DNA from: Candidatus Bathyarchaeota archaeon
GTDB taxonomy: Archaea > Thermoproteota > Bathyarchaeia > 40CM-2-53-6
Direction: 5' to 3'
DNA: 64,000 bases
NCBI GenBank assembly: GCA_963726255.1
Contig: CAVSBL010000002.1
Coordinates: forward strand, 1,440,001 to 1,504,000
This document shows positions 38,484-49,984 of this stretch, piece after piece. The translations under genes were made by a program, and so were the position numbers. Each line of letters begins with the position of its first letter. The stretch's first letter is position 1. The notes beneath the pieces were generated by a model. That model searched no databases and was not told the origin of the DNA. It saw nothing but the letters and a program-made list of their open reading frames with translations.

Positions 38484-39431
38484 ATGAAAAATGTCAGTTT
38501 CGGCATACTAACTCCTCAAATGTCACTTCAATTTGACCAGCTTAAGCGGATTTGGATTGAAGCAGAGGATTGCGGTTTTGAGTCTGCATGGATAGTTGAC
38601 CACTTCATCCCTTACGATTACCCTGATCGCTCCGTCACCGAGCCTATGCTTGAATGCTGGGTGACCTTGGCGGCATTGGCGCGAGAGACCGAGAAGATCA
38701 GGCTAGGCCCGCTTGTGTCGTGTAATTCGTATAGGCCCCCGCAATTACTCGCCAAGATGGCCGCGACTCTCGATTGCATAAGCGGAGGTAGGTTGAACTT
38801 CGCCATAGGAGCTGGATGGTTAAGGCTGGAGCACGAGGCGTACGGCTACGGTTTCCCAAAGACTCAGCTTAGAATAGAGAGGCTTGGAGAGGCGTTTGAG
38901 GTCATCAAGCGTATGTGGACTGAAGAGAAGGCGAGCTTCAATGGAAAATACTACACAATCACAGGCGCCGTGAGCTGCCCTAAACCCGTTCAGAAGCCTC
39001 ATCCGCCGTTTTACATCGGAGCCGAACATGAGAAGATCTTGAAATTCGCTGCAAGACACGCGGACGTCTGGAACTTTCCCTCAGACATCAACGCCTACTC
39101 GCCTGAGCAATACAAGGAACGCGTGAGTATCCTCGAAAATGAGTGCGATGCAATAGGACGCAACCCAGACACAATCAAGAGATCATGGCTAGGCATCGCA
39201 GTCTTAGGGAAGGACGAGAAGGAAGTCAATGAAAAGGTAGCATCGATTAAACCGAAACCACTAGCCAAGCAACAAGTAATGAGGGAGATCGTTGGGACAC
39301 CGGACACTTGTCTTCAAAGACTGGGAGATTACGTCGACCTAGGCGTCTCGGAGTTCCTGCTAATATTTCCAGAACCCTATAGGCCCGAAGTCCTTCATGA
39401 ATTCTCCAACGAAGTGATGGACAGATTCTGA
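38484..39431 (+). CDS. F420-dependent LLM-class oxidoreductase
   Basis: DHF, YRPPQLLAKMAATLD.ISGGR and GAGW...EH.AYG motifs. Confidence 0.88.
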   Translation: MKNVSFGILTPQMSLQFDQLKRIWIEAEDCGFESAWIVDHFIPYDYPDRSVTEPMLECWVTLAALARETEKIRLGPLVSCNSYRPPQLLAKMAATLDCISGGRLNFAIGAGWLRLEHEAYGYGFPKTQLRIERLGEAFEVIKRMWTEEKASFNGKYYTITGAVSCPKPVQKPHPPFYIGAEHEKILKFAARHADVWNFPSDINAYSPEQYKERVSILENECDAIGRNPDTIKRSWLGIAVLGKDEKEVNEKVASIKPKPLAKQQVMREIVGTPDTCLQRLGDYVDLGVSEFLLIFPEPYRPEVLHEFSNEVMDRF

Positions 39432-39457
39432 GACATGTGGACCAAGCCGATCTCAGG

Positions 39458-40408
39458 CTACCCGGACGTGAACTGGTAACTCTTCACCTTTTCATCCTCG
39501 AAGGTTATGAGTGCTCCCCTGAGTATCCCCTCGCCATATTCGCTTCCCGGGTTCAGACAGAGGGTCCGGCCTATCTTCCCTGTTCCTCTCGACTCATGTA
39601 TGTGCCCATGCAAGCCTAGAAGCGGTTGATATTTCTCCATTGCGGCCCTTACAGCTGTGCTTCCTACCGGTATCATGAGCATCTCACCGCCCGGCGACAC
39701 GACTGGTTTCAGGTCTTTGTCGAGTTTTGGCGCCGAGTCTAAGTTCGAGTCGTAGGGTGGGCAGTGAAGGTTGAAGATGCAGTTTTGCATATTGGTAACC
39801 TTTGATGCCATGTCTTCGATTTTCTTCGCCAACTCTTCCTCAGGGATGTCTCGGGGGCAGTTCCACGGCGTTATGTTCGTGTAACCAGTGCTAATCATTT
39901 CATGGGTGTCATCAATGGAAACAACCTTGCCCTCGGGGTTAATCACAAATTGGGATGCGTTGAGTGCCGTATCGATATCCATTCGGTCATCGTTGCCGGG
40001 CGTTATGATGCATTTGATTCCAGTTCCCTTCAACTTCTCCTCAGCCGTCTTGACCCAGTGTTCAACCCGCTGTCGCATTAAGTCAGAAAAGAGTCTGTCA
40101 ACCTCCGCACGATCAGCGTTGAGCTTAGCCATCCCTTCCTTCGTGGTTCTGAATGGGTAGTAGCCAGCGTACATGATGCTCTTCTCAAGCTGCTTCGCGT
40201 TATCCTCTCCTTTTGCGGTCTGCATTTTGCCCAGAAATTCGGCCTCGTAGCCCTGGGCAGTCTGAATCATGGGAATGATCATCTTGCCGGTAATGTCGCC
40301 ACCGCAGATAAGCACGCTTGCCTTGTAGAACTTCCCAGCGTTAATGAATTTCAAGAAGCATTGCTCGGAACCATGAAGGTCAGTTGTGTAAAACATTCTA
40401 GTCTGCAT
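39458..40408 (-). CDS. Metallophosphoesterase (Icc/calcineurin-like)
   Basis: TDLHGS, GGD, PGNDD, HCPP, GHIHES and NPGS motifs. Confidence 0.88.
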   Translation of the reverse strand: MQTRMFYTTDLHGSEQCFLKFINAGKFYKASVLICGGDITGKMIIPMIQTAQGYEAEFLGKMQTAKGEDNAKQLEKSIMYAGYYPFRTTKEGMAKLNADRAEVDRLFSDLMRQRVEHWVKTAEEKLKGTGIKCIITPGNDDRMDIDTALNASQFVINPEGKVVSIDDTHEMISTGYTNITPWNCPRDIPEEELAKKIEDMASKVTNMQNCIFNLHCPPYDSNLDSAPKLDKDLKPVVSPGGEMLMIPVGSTAVRAAMEKYQPLLGLHGHIHESRGTGKIGRTLCLNPGSEYGEGILRGALITFEDEKVKSYQFTSG

Positions 40409-40531
40409 CGAAAGCTCCAGCTCTCCTTGTGTGAGAGTGATTCAATATTAAGGCGACGCTCCAAGATATAGGAATTCGGACCGACTGTTCAACCTCCGAA
40501 CGGCTGACAATGGTTAATACAATATAGACAA

Positions 40532-41571
40532 ATGCGATTGCAGGTACTAGTTATGAACTCCGTCACTTCGAAGTTGGAAAAAGGTAAGCCGCCTCATCCG
40601 GTGCGCGCAAGCTATCTCGAAGAATTGAAGCGTCTATGGGACGAAGAATGGGGAGCCCAAAGCGAGGTTGGAAAGCTCAGAGTTGTCATGGTTCACAAAC
40701 ACGGAGACGAGTTTCGTCCGGATATAATCGAGGATTTGGCATGGTACGGAGTCTCGGAGTTCCCGGACTACCAAAAAGCCGTCCAACAACACGACCACTT
40801 TGTTGACGTCCTGAAACAGGAAGGTGTCAGGGTTCACTATCTCAACCCGCCCTCACCGGCTCACGGGCCATATTCCCCTGCGAATCCCCGAATCTGGGCA
40901 ACCAGGGATCCGGGTGTCGTAATCAGGGGCGGGGCGATAATCGGGCGAATGGCGTTGCCTTGGCGGAAGAAGGATGAAGTGTTCTGGTCCCGGAGAGTCA
41001 TGCAGCTTGGCTGTCCGATCCTGCGGACCGTGACAGGCCATGGAACCTTCGAAGGTGGAAACGTTGTCTGGCTTGACCCCGAGCACGTTTGCATCGGGCA
41101 ATCGATTCGCACAAACTCTGGAGGCATATCGCAAGTTTCTGCGATTATGCAAGAAGTTGGAGGGGTCAAGGAAGTCAGAGTCGTGCCCATTCCTGGGTAT
41201 CTTGAGAATATCGAATGGCCAGCAGGAGGATTTGCACATCTCGACGTCGTTTTCGGGATGGCGGACGTAAATCTGGGAGTGATATACCCTCCAGGTGTTC
41301 CCTTCGACTTCATAGAGTACCTGAAGTACGAGAAGAAGATCCAGCTGATTGAAGCTCAACCGGAAGAAGTGCGTAGTGAGGGCTGCAACATAGTCGCATT
41401 GGCACCGCAAAGATCATCATGAATGAGAAGAACATCAAACTCAGGAAAGGCTTAGAGAAGGAGGGCGTGGACGTTATACCCGTGGACTTCTCAGAGATCT
41501 GCAAGTTCGGCGGCGCAGGGCACTGCGCTACAGGCCCACTCCTTCGTGACCCCGGGCCCATGATTGCATAG
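40532..41571 (+). CDS. Amidinotransferase / arginine deiminase / DDAH (pentein) family, apparent frameshift near 41408
   Basis: TRD, FEGG and HLD motifs. The catalytic Cys motif GGAGHCATGPL is in the shifted frame, ending at TAG 41569-41571. Confidence 0.85.
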
Positions 41572-41771
41572 GCGGTTTGCTTTTTGCGTGAGCAGGAGGT
41601 CCGCACAATGTCCAGAATAAGACGGTAATTGAAGCAGTCTGCGAACCGATTGTGCCTCTGCCATTATCGTCACGCTGCGAGTTGTGTTTCCATTCGGTTT
41701 TCTTGGACAAGGATTATAATTCTGGCGGAGGCCACGTTCGCCAGAGGTTTCGCGCCAGGGGACCAATCGGT

Positions 41772-43739
41772 TTGCTAGAGAGCACCCCGATGAAACGATT
41801 CTACTTGGCCTCACCTTCGAGGTATGAGGACCAAGTAATCGAGGCCCTTGGTCAACTCGGAACAGTCCAGTTAATCACAGACTATACGGTCAACGGCTTC
41901 AAGAAAGTTGACACCGTTGAGAAGTGCGAAAAGTACGTGAAGCTCCAGCAGAGAATGAGCTCTGTCCTGTCAACTCTCCCACCCCAAAAAGGCACGAAGA
42001 AAGGCCTTGCGCGCTCGCTGAAGGAAAGCTTTGGCAAGCCAATGCAGAGGGAAGTTGAGGTCCCAGATGTCGGCCTAGAGCAGATCGAATCACACATTCT
42101 CGAGACCGAAGCTAGGTTAGATGATCGGCTTGCGAAGTTGGAGAAACTACGCACCGAGATGAAGGCGCTCAAGGCGCTAGATGAGAATCTCCTAATTCTT
42201 CAGAATCACGCCCTGAGAGCGGATGATCTGGGTGATTTTGAGAACATCTTCGTCAAAGCCGGTTTCATCAACAAAGCGCTTTCGCTGAAACTCGACAGGT
42301 ACGTCGAAGGAACCGATGTAAAGTTTTCGAAGTGGCCTGATAAACGTGAAGAGGATTTTGTAGTAATTCTCGGCCCGAATCGAGATAAGGCTCACATGGA
42401 GGAAACGCTGACACGGCTCAACTTTGCGGGATTAACCATACCAAAAGGAATCAAGCCGGATCCAACCCAGGCTATAGAAGAGAATCGGGCGTCTGAGGAT
42501 AAGCTCCGGCATGATTTAGATGGCCTCGAAAGAGACGTGAGAAGAATTTGTGAAGAATTTCAGAATAAGGCGGCGGGATTTGAACCTTTAGTGCGTAGGG
42601 CCCTTGCTATAGAAGGCGCTAGGTCGGCCTTCGGCCGAACCGAGACGTTGAGCTTGGTGCACGGCTGGGTCCCCGCGGAACAGGAAGAACCGCTCAGAAG
42701 TGCAGTTACGGAGTCGACGAATGGAGCGACCATTCTGAAGTTCGATAACCCTGCCCCCGGCGAAAACCCGCCCGTGCGAATTAACAATAGAGGGATTGCA
42801 GGGTCTTTTGAACTATTTACGAAGCTGAGGGGAACGCCGCAATACAATGAAATTGATCCCACCCTGATCGTTACCGTTCTTTTCACCATCATGTACGGAA
42901 TGATGTTTGGAGACATCGGCCAAGGAGCCCTGCTTTTTGCGATGGGCTTAATCTTCAGCCGCTTGCAACGGAGCTTCTTGGGAATTCCAGCGCGAGCGAT
43001 GAGAAAGTTAGGGGGAATCCTAGCGACCTGCGGCATATCAGCCATATTCTTCGGAACACTCTACGGCGAGTTTTTCCTATCCGAAGCTTTCCACCCCATC
43101 TTCGTAAACCCAATCCAAGGCCAAACCACCATGATCATAGTGGCTCTATTGTTCGGGGTCGGACAACTATCCGTTGGATTGGTCCTCAAGATTGTAAACC
43201 TGCTTCGGAATAAGGCAATGATTGAAGCTGCGTTTGGGGGAGTGAGACTTCTTTACTATGTCACTGGCGTTATGTTGGCTGTGAAGTACGCCGCAACGAT
43301 GTCTTTCACGGTCTTCACGGATAACTTGGGGCTCCTGGTTCTGGCGCTCACATGCCTCCTACTTGTGTTGCTCGCCCCAACCATTGAAGGCGTCTTGAAG
43401 CATGAATTCAAGATGGGTGAAGGGGTAATGAAGGGTGTCTCGGAATTTATTGAGACGTTCCTGTCGTACATGACAAACTCGATTTCTTATGTGCGATTAG
43501 CCGCGTTCGCGATCGCTCATTCGGCTCTCGGTATAGCAGCCGTCATCTTAGGAGCCTCGATGGGTGTACTGCCAGGTTTCATTGTTATGAATTTCCTGGC
43601 CATGACTATCGAAGCGCTGGGGGTTTTCATTCAATGCATGAGGTTAACATATTATGAGTTCTTCACTAAGTTCTATTCTGGCACGGGAGTACCGTATCGC
43701 CCATTCTCGCTTCCGAGAGTCTTTGGAACCGTTAAATAG
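41772..43739 (+). CDS. atpI: A/V-type ATP synthase subunit I (a)
   Basis: EIDPT, GMMFGDIGQG, ISYVRLAAF and RLTYYEFFTKFY motifs. Confidence 0.93.
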   Translation: MLESTPMKRFYLASPSRYEDQVIEALGQLGTVQLITDYTVNGFKKVDTVEKCEKYVKLQQRMSSVLSTLPPQKGTKKGLARSLKESFGKPMQREVEVPDVGLEQIESHILETEARLDDRLAKLEKLRTEMKALKALDENLLILQNHALRADDLGDFENIFVKAGFINKALSLKLDRYVEGTDVKFSKWPDKREEDFVVILGPNRDKAHMEETLTRLNFAGLTIPKGIKPDPTQAIEENRASEDKLRHDLDGLERDVRRICEEFQNKAAGFEPLVRRALAIEGARSAFGRTETLSLVHGWVPAEQEEPLRSAVTESTNGATILKFDNPAPGENPPVRINNRGIAGSFELFTKLRGTPQYNEIDPTLIVTVLFTIMYGMMFGDIGQGALLFAMGLIFSRLQRSFLGIPARAMRKLGGILATCGISAIFFGTLYGEFFLSEAFHPIFVNPIQGQTTMIIVALLFGVGQLSVGLVLKIVNLLRNKAMIEAAFGGVRLLYYVTGVMLAVKYAATMSFTVFTDNLGLLVLALTCLLLVLLAPTIEGVLKHEFKMGEGVMKGVSEFIETFLSYMTNSISYVRLAAFAIAHSALGIAAVILGASMGVLPGFIVMNFLAMTIEALGVFIQCMRLTYYEFFTKFYSGTGVPYRPFSLPRVFGTVK

Positions 43740-43790
43740 TGAGGCCCCAAATCCTTGGCTGTGGTTTCATTGAGCCGCGAAAGAAAATCG

Positions 43791-44108
43791 ATGTGGAAGA
43801 GGAGACTGCTTCTGCTCACACCCTTTCTCGCCGCGCTGTTCTTGTTCACTTTTTCCGTCACCGGAACGTTCGCACAAGGAACTACAACCAACCAAACATC
43901 GAACTTCGACACCGTAGGCGCTGGCTTGGCGGTCGGTCTGGCAGGACTTGGTGCAGGTTTGGCTATCTACGGGTCTACCTCATCTGGTCTGGCAGCGATG
44001 GTCGAAAGACCCGAGCTTACGACATGGGTTCTGGTTTTTGCAGGTCTGGGGGAAGGAATCGCTATCTACGGCTTGGTTGTTGCAATCCTTATTCTGGGTA
44101 GACACTAG
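43791..44108 (+). CDS. atpK: A/V-type ATP synthase subunit K (c), single hairpin with N-terminal signal/TM
   Basis: GxGxxxGxAGxGAG helix, ERPE loop, GLGEGIAIYG. Confidence 0.9.
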   Translation: MWKRRLLLLTPFLAALFLFTFSVTGTFAQGTTTNQTSNFDTVGAGLAVGLAGLGAGLAIYGSTSSGLAAMVERPELTTWVLVFAGLGEGIAIYGLVVAILILGRH

Positions 44109-44127
44109 TTGTGCGATTAGGCAAATC

Positions 44128-45156
44128 TTAGACGCCGAATAAGCCGTTTGAAATTTCTTCTTCGCTCAGGTTCAGTTGTTTGCCGGTTACGATTGATACT
44201 AAGTTCTTTGCTTCAGCCTCGCAGAGAAGAAGGTACGCGATTACGTATTCAGCTTGAAGTGAGTGTGTCATCAAGGCTGCCGAAGCGTCGCTGTATAGGT
44301 ACCTGAAGAAAACCCGTTCGAGAAGCAATGAGGAACCAGCCTTGAGCAAGCTCGCAGCTTCAGAGGCGAGCTTAGAGTACCCTCCCCTGAGAAGGATCGG
44401 GGCCTCCTCAATCCGGCTTTGTATCAAGGATTGCAGCGTGGTCTTCGAAAGGGCATAGGAAATCGGGACGGTGGCGTCCTCTATCAGTCTTGGAGAAACG
44501 CCTCTCGTCTTCAACGAGAACAATGTGAGTAAGTTCCTAAGATCTATCTCTTCCCCTATCAAATTCCTTGTTCCATGAATCTTGTCCACCAACTCCCAGA
44601 TTCTGCTGAAGTAAATCTTATCGAGCGCTGCTTCTAGGATCAGAGTCGTTCCACTCTCCTTATACGGCTGAAGTTTCGAGAGAATTGAGTGGTACTGCGT
44701 GTCGCGGAGGAGTGAGCCAACCTCATCCACGTCTTTCGCTTTCAGGAGCGCAGGAAAGTTCACGAGTGTATGCTCCCTTTCTAAAGGGACGAGGTTAGAT
44801 TCCTCCGCGGTTTGGCCGCCGTGTTTCGCTCGAATTACGCGTTTTATGTTTTCAACTTCGAATCTCGCACAATACCTGGTTAGGATATCTTGCATCTTTC
44901 CTTGAGCGGCTGAGCGGCGTACGAAAAAGAACCGCTCTACTAGTTTCCTTAGGATCACGTTCTCTAGGGTCGCAGCGTCCTGTTCATGTGTGGGCAACTG
45001 GCCGAGCTCAATGGCGTAGTCTGTTTTGAGCAGGCTGTCCGATACGTCTCGGAGGTTTCTTGTCCTGGCTAGATTTTGCATGTCTCGTTGGGTTATGAGA
45101 TGGGTTCGTAGGCCGTGTGTTCTAGTAACGAGGTAAACGCTGGCTCCTCGTCCCAT
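44128..45156 (-). CDS. atpC: A/V-type ATP synthase subunit C (d/AC39)
   Basis: ENIKRVIRAK, EEIDLRNL and EAEAKNL motifs, operon context. Confidence 0.88.
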   Translation of the reverse strand: MGRGASVYLVTRTHGLRTHLITQRDMQNLARTRNLRDVSDSLLKTDYAIELGQLPTHEQDAATLENVILRKLVERFFFVRRSAAQGKMQDILTRYCARFEVENIKRVIRAKHGGQTAEESNLVPLEREHTLVNFPALLKAKDVDEVGSLLRDTQYHSILSKLQPYKESGTTLILEAALDKIYFSRIWELVDKIHGTRNLIGEEIDLRNLLTLFSLKTRGVSPRLIEDATVPISYALSKTTLQSLIQSRIEEAPILLRGGYSKLASEAASLLKAGSSLLLERVFFRYLYSDASAALMTHSLQAEYVIAYLLLCEAEAKNLVSIVTGKQLNLSEEEISNGLFGV

Positions 45157-45765
45157 CTATTTTGTTCCTCTGATTACTGCTTTCACACGTTTGGCTCTGA
45201 AGAATTCTTCAAGCGTTTCTTCCTCAAGCCTACCCTCTATGTATCGAAGTGTTTCCATCAGTCCAGGCAAAATCACTCTTTCCAAGGCATTGACCTTGCG
45301 GTTAGTCAACATGAGTTCTTGGGCGATGCTTTCGATCCTTGCCTCGGCTTCCGCTATGGTCAGTAATTTTCTCAGAGATTCAGTCATTTGCTGGGCGGCC
45401 GCGTACGCAGAAGGGTCGATTACTGAGTTAATTGTCGACTCCTTTCCCCGAACGATTTCGGGCACCAAGACGCCCATAACGCTACGCAGCCTCACTTTGG
45501 CTTCCAAAGCGGTGACTGTGGACGCTTGCGATTGAAGCCGTGAATAGCCGAGGGTCATGTAGGCGGTTCTCAACGCCGAATACGTTTCCATGAGGCGTTG
45601 TTCGAACTCATGTCTGGCGTTGATCTTGGCGAGGAGCCGGTTCGTTTCCGCCGCCAAGTTGTCCCGCTTCATCTCGAGAAGTTCTTTGCCACGTTTGGTG
45701 AACTCAAGTTGTTCCCGCAGCCTGAGGAGAACCCCTCTTGTGACAGCGACCCTTCCAACGCTCAT
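45157..45765 (-). CDS. atpD: A/V-type ATP synthase subunit D
   Basis: [10 protein letters not shown] and [12 protein letters not shown] motifs. Confidence 0.92.
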   Translation of the reverse strand: MSVGRVAVTRGVLLRLREQLEFTKRGKELLEMKRDNLAAETNRLLAKINARHEFEQRLMETYSALRTAYMTLGYSRLQSQASTVTALEAKVRLRSVMGVLVPEIVRGKESTINSVIDPSAYAAAQQMTESLRKLLTIAEAEARIESIAQELMLTNRKVNALERVILPGLMETLRYIEGRLEEETLEEFFRAKRVKAVIRGTK

Positions 45766-47180
45766 TGAGACTTAGACGCCTGTTTTTCGTTTGCCACGTG
45801 CTTGGGGTGATACTTCTGAATGTATTCCTCGTGGATACGCGTCAAGGCATCTTCTGGCAATATTCCTAGAAGGGCCCATGCTATGCCAAGGGTCTGCTCA
45901 ATTGTCCTATTCTCGAACTCACCCTGCCTTACCAACCGTGTCTCGAACTCGTCGGCGAACTCTAGGTAAAGCCGCTCTTCTTCACTCAACCCTACGTTCC
46001 CAACAATCCTAGCTAGGTCGCGAGCCTGCCTGCCCCTTGCGTACGCGCCGTACAGCTGGTCGGCCACATCCCCGTGATCTTCTCTCGTCTTACCCTTCCC
46101 TATTCCTTTCCTCATCAGTCTGCTTAAGCATGGCAGCACGTTTATCGGCGGATAGATTCCCTTCATGAACATTTCACGGTCCAGGAAGATTTGGCCTTCC
46201 GTTATGTACCCCGTCAAGTCAGGGATCGGGTGTTGGATATCCCCCCCGGGCATCGTCAAAATAGGCATCTGAGTCAGGGAACCGCGTGAACCTTCGATGA
46301 CCCCGGCCCTTTCGTATATCGAGGCCAAGTCACTATACAGATATCCAGGGTAACCTTTTCTGCTTGGGACTTCCTCCCTGGCGGCGCTCAACTCCCTCAA
46401 GACCTCAGCGTAGTTCGTCATATCGCTGAGAATTACCAGAACGTGCATCCCAAGATCGTAAGCCATGTACTCGGCGACAGTCAATGCAATTCGGGGAGTG
46501 AATAGCCTCTCGATTGCTGGGTCGTCCGCCAGGTTTAGTATGACCACAGATCGTTCGAGCGCCCCAGACTTTCTGAATTCATCTATGAAATACTCTGCCT
46601 CGTCGTGACGCAGCCCCATCGCGGAGAACACCAGCGCAAACTCTTCCTTTTCCCCGAGGACAGTTGCTTGGCGTGCGACTTGCGCAATCAGCTTGTTGTG
46701 GGGAAGGCCGCTTTCAGAGAATATTGGAAGCTTCTGGCCTCTCACCACGGAGAGCATTCCATCTATCGCGGAGATGCCGGTTTGAATGAAATTGTTAGGG
46801 TACACTCGAGCTGTGGGATTTATTGGAGCCCCGTTGATGTCACGCGACTCGTCAGAGACGATTGCAGGCAAACGGTCCACCGGCTCAAAGACGCCGTTGA
46901 ATACCCTCGCAAGAAGTTCATTGGACAAGGGAATCTTGAAGGCCGATCCGGAGAAGCTTAGAATAGAATTGGATTGGAGCCCCATCTCCCCTCCGAAGAC
47001 CTGTATGACCGCCTTACCCCTGCCAACCTCAAGAACCCTGCCCATTCTGTCAATCCCGTCTGGAGCTCGAACCTTGACCAGCTCATCGTAGCCGACGTTC
47101 TCCACATTGTCAACCATTATCAGGGATCCTTTGATTTCGGTGAGGCCCCTGTGGATTAGTCCATAGGTCTTTCCAAGCAT
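45762..47180 (-). CDS. atpB: A/V-type ATP synthase subunit B
   Basis: [31 protein letters not shown] and [11 protein letters not shown] motifs. Confidence 0.96.
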   Translation of the reverse strand: MLGKTYGLIHRGLTEIKGSLIMVDNVENVGYDELVKVRAPDGIDRMGRVLEVGRGKAVIQVFGGEMGLQSNSILSFSGSAFKIPLSNELLARVFNGVFEPVDRLPAIVSDESRDINGAPINPTARVYPNNFIQTGISAIDGMLSVVRGQKLPIFSESGLPHNKLIAQVARQATVLGEKEEFALVFSAMGLRHDEAEYFIDEFRKSGALERSVVILNLADDPAIERLFTPRIALTVAEYMAYDLGMHVLVILSDMTNYAEVLRELSAAREEVPSRKGYPGYLYSDLASIYERAGVIEGSRGSLTQMPILTMPGGDIQHPIPDLTGYITEGQIFLDREMFMKGIYPPINVLPCLSRLMRKGIGKGKTREDHGDVADQLYGAYARGRQARDLARIVGNVGLSEEERLYLEFADEFETRLVRQGEFENRTIEQTLGIAWALLGILPEDALTRIHEEYIQKYHPKHVANEKQASKSQ

Positions 47181-47194
47181 ATTCCCACAAACTC

Positions 47195-49027
47195 CTAGGT
47201 TTCCAAGTCGTATTCCCGTGCAATCTTGCCGAGTGCTTCTTGGACTTCAGCTGTGAGTTTTGCGACTCCTTCTATACCGCTCTTTTCTTCTTTGGCTCTC
47301 TCCATCCTCTTGATGTATGGTAGTTCCTTGATTTTCTCGGCCGGAACGCCTTTCCGTACGAGGACGCTGGCTCTCTCGTAGAAGTCTATGAGCATCTGAA
47401 GCATGGCCACTTGCTTCTCCATGTCGCAGAAAGCGTCGACCTCGTGATATGCGAACTGTCTGAGAAAGGCTTCTTTTATCAACTCGGCTGAGAGAAGCAT
47501 TAATCTCTGATCGTCAGGCAGGGAGCGTTCTCCCATTATCCTAGCTATGGATTCGATCTCCGAGGACTCGCTGAGTATTTTCAGGGCTTTGCTCCGTAAG
47601 TCTTCGAAATTCCCGCCAAACCTCCCTTTCCAGTAGGACGCAATCTTTTCTGAGTAGTTACTGAAGCTCTCAGCCCAAGCGCCTGAGAGCCTATCTACGT
47701 ACAGGCTGTAACTCTTCAACCAGTGTATGGCTGGAAAGTGCCTGCTGTAGGCAAGGTCCCGGTCTAGAGCCCAGAACACTCCTGTGAATCTTAGAGTGTG
47801 AATGGTGACAGGCTCATTGAAGTCTCCACCCGGCGGCGAAACGGCTCCGATGATTGATACTGAACCGGTCCTTTTCGGTTCTCCCAGCGCCACTACCTTC
47901 CCAGCCCTTTCGTAGAACTCTGCTATCCTATCCGGGAGATATGCCGGGTACCCGCCTTCTGCAGGCATTTCTTCCAATCGGCCCGAAATCTCACGCAGGG
48001 CTTCAGCCCACCTAGAAGTCGAATCGGCCATTATCGCGACGTCGTACCCTTGGTCACGGTAATACTCAGCAATGGTTACGCCCAGGTATATGCTGGCTTC
48101 TCTAGCAGCGACGGGCATGTTACTTGTGTTAGCGATGAGTATCGTTCTCTCCATGAGGGGCCGGCCGGTCCTCGGGTCGGTAAGTTCCGGAAAGTCCGTC
48201 AGCACTTCACATATCTCATTCCCTCTTTCGCCGCATCCGATGTACACGATAACCTTGGAATCACTCCATTTAGCGAGCGAATGCAACATCACGGTCTTTC
48301 CTGTCCCAAATCCACCTGGGATGCTGGCTGTTCCACCTTTGGGAAGCGGGAAGAACGTGTCTATCACTCTCTGCCCGGTCACCAGTGGTTCCTCCAGGGG
48401 AATCCGTTCGCCAGGCCTGAATGGTCTTGGAATCCTGATCGGCCACTCCTGCATCAATCTAAGTTCGACCTGGCCTCCATCTGCAGTTTCGAGTCGCCCA
48501 ACCGGTTCATCTACCGCATAGTCACCCTCATCTAGTGAGAGGACCTTGCCACCAGTGCCCGGCGGAAGCATTATTCTATGAACGACTGCAGGGGTTTCCT
48601 GAACTAGACCAAGCACAGATCCCCCACCCACCTTGTCGCCCTTTTTCACTTCAGGTTTGAAATGCCATTTCCTTTCCCTGGAGAGTGTGTTTACCCGAAC
48701 ACCCCTTTCGATGAAAGGCCCCTTCAACTTCCTGATTGTTTCCAAAGGCCTTCCTATCCCATCGAGTATACTATCGAGAAGCCCAGGGCCAAGCTCCGCT
48801 ACGAGTCGCTTACCAGTTCCATTCACGATCTCTCCAGGACGAAGCCCGGTCGTTACTTCGTAGACTTGAACTGTGAACTCTCCAACGCCAACTCCTATGA
48901 CCTCTCCGGCTAAGTGCTCGTTTCCAACTTCAACTATCTCGCCCATCTCGATATCGGCGATTCCCGCTGCGACGATGACAGAGCCGCTGATCCACCTAAT
49001 CTGGCCTTGCCGACTTGATTTACTCAC
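47195..49027 (-). CDS. atpA: A/V-type ATP synthase subunit A
   Basis: [27 protein letters not shown] and SPPGGDF motifs. GTG start at 49027, no intein. Confidence 0.96.
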   Translation of the reverse strand: MSKSSRQGQIRWISGSVIVAAGIADIEMGEIVEVGNEHLAGEVIGVGVGEFTVQVYEVTTGLRPGEIVNGTGKRLVAELGPGLLDSILDGIGRPLETIRKLKGPFIERGVRVNTLSRERKWHFKPEVKKGDKVGGGSVLGLVQETPAVVHRIMLPPGTGGKVLSLDEGDYAVDEPVGRLETADGGQVELRLMQEWPIRIPRPFRPGERIPLEEPLVTGQRVIDTFFPLPKGGTASIPGGFGTGKTVMLHSLAKWSDSKVIVYIGCGERGNEICEVLTDFPELTDPRTGRPLMERTILIANTSNMPVAAREASIYLGVTIAEYYRDQGYDVAIMADSTSRWAEALREISGRLEEMPAEGGYPAYLPDRIAEFYERAGKVVALGEPKRTGSVSIIGAVSPPGGDFNEPVTIHTLRFTGVFWALDRDLAYSRHFPAIHWLKSYSLYVDRLSGAWAESFSNYSEKIASYWKGRFGGNFEDLRSKALKILSESSEIESIARIMGERSLPDDQRLMLLSAELIKEAFLRQFAYHEVDAFCDMEKQVAMLQMLIDFYERASVLVRKGVPAEKIKELPYIKRMERAKEEKSGIEGVAKLTAEVQEALGKIAREYDLET

Positions 49028-49658
49028 CTGCTTTGCCGCCTCCGGAGAGTATCCTACGAATCGTTCCTTCAAGTTTCCGCGATGCGGCAGACAGCCGCGC
49101 TTCCAGAATGTTGTTGAAAGACTGAACTCTGTCTTCGGTGGAGACTATAACTCCGCCTAAGGTTCTTGTCTGCAGCGTTCCCATTTGAAGAATGATTCTC
49201 TCTCCTTTGCTCTTGCCAGCTCTTTCCGCGAGGGTGCCTAGAAGGTTACTGACCACTTCCTTGTCTCGTGCGTTTGTTTCGATAATGAATTTGTTTCCAT
49301 TCATTGCGCTGATTCCCGCAAGTATCAGGTTGCTAAGAAGCTCTTGGTACTCTCGTCCGCCCTTCTCGGCCATTTCCCCGATTCGCTTCTCGGTCTCTTC
49401 GAATACCCGATTGGCCCATTCCGATTGTACTCGAAGAAGCTTCCCCCTTACGTCCATCCTTGCAACGGCTAGCTCAGCCTTCTCTCGAGCATCTAGTTCC
49501 CGCACAAGAAGTCTGGCTCGTTCCTCTCTAAGGCTCGCAGCTTTCGTATTTGCTTCCGCGACTATTCTCTGAGCTTCCTGTCTGGCAGTTTCAAGAATCC
49601 TTGAAACTTCCTCCTCGGCCTTCCTCTCGATCTCAGTCTGCAGCGCTTGAATGCTCAA
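49020..49658 (-). CDS. atpE: A/V-type ATP synthase subunit E
   Basis: Coiled-coil N-terminus, LGGVIV...NNILEARL. Confidence 0.88.
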   Translation of the reverse strand: MSIQALQTEIERKAEEEVSRILETARQEAQRIVAEANTKAASLREERARLLVRELDAREKAELAVARMDVRGKLLRVQSEWANRVFEETEKRIGEMAEKGGREYQELLSNLILAGISAMNGNKFIIETNARDKEVVSNLLGTLAERAGKSKGERIILQMGTLQTRTLGGVIVSTEDRVQSFNNILEARLSAASRKLEGTIRRILSGGGKAGE

Positions 49659-49975
49659 AGTTTCCCTCTCAATGTCTCTTCTATTAGGCGCGCGATGGCC
49701 TTCTCATAATTCTGGTGAGCGACCTTTTCCAGCGCTGAGGCATTTCGCTTGTACTGCTCTTCTATCTCTACCTTCTTCCGGCCAATCTCATCGTTTCTCG
49801 CTCGCCTGAGTTTTTCCCAACCGGGATCAGATTCAATTGCTCTCACAATTGATTCTGCCTGCTCGCGAGCTTGTTTCACTATGGCCTGCGCATCCTCCTT
49901 GGCCTTTCTGACCTTCTCCTCAGAAACCCTCTCTCTGCCAATAAGTTCCTGAAGTTCCTTGATGTCCGCCGACAT
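49655..49975 (-). CDS. atpH: A/V-type ATP synthase subunit H/G (peripheral stalk)
   Basis: Charged helical 106-aa protein between F and E. Confidence 0.7.
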   Translation of the reverse strand: MSADIKELQELIGRERVSEEKVRKAKEDAQAIVKQAREQAESIVRAIESDPGWEKLRRARNDEIGRKKVEIEEQYKRNASALEKVAHQNYEKAIARLIEETLRGKL

Positions 49976-49984
49976 GTGTCAGAT

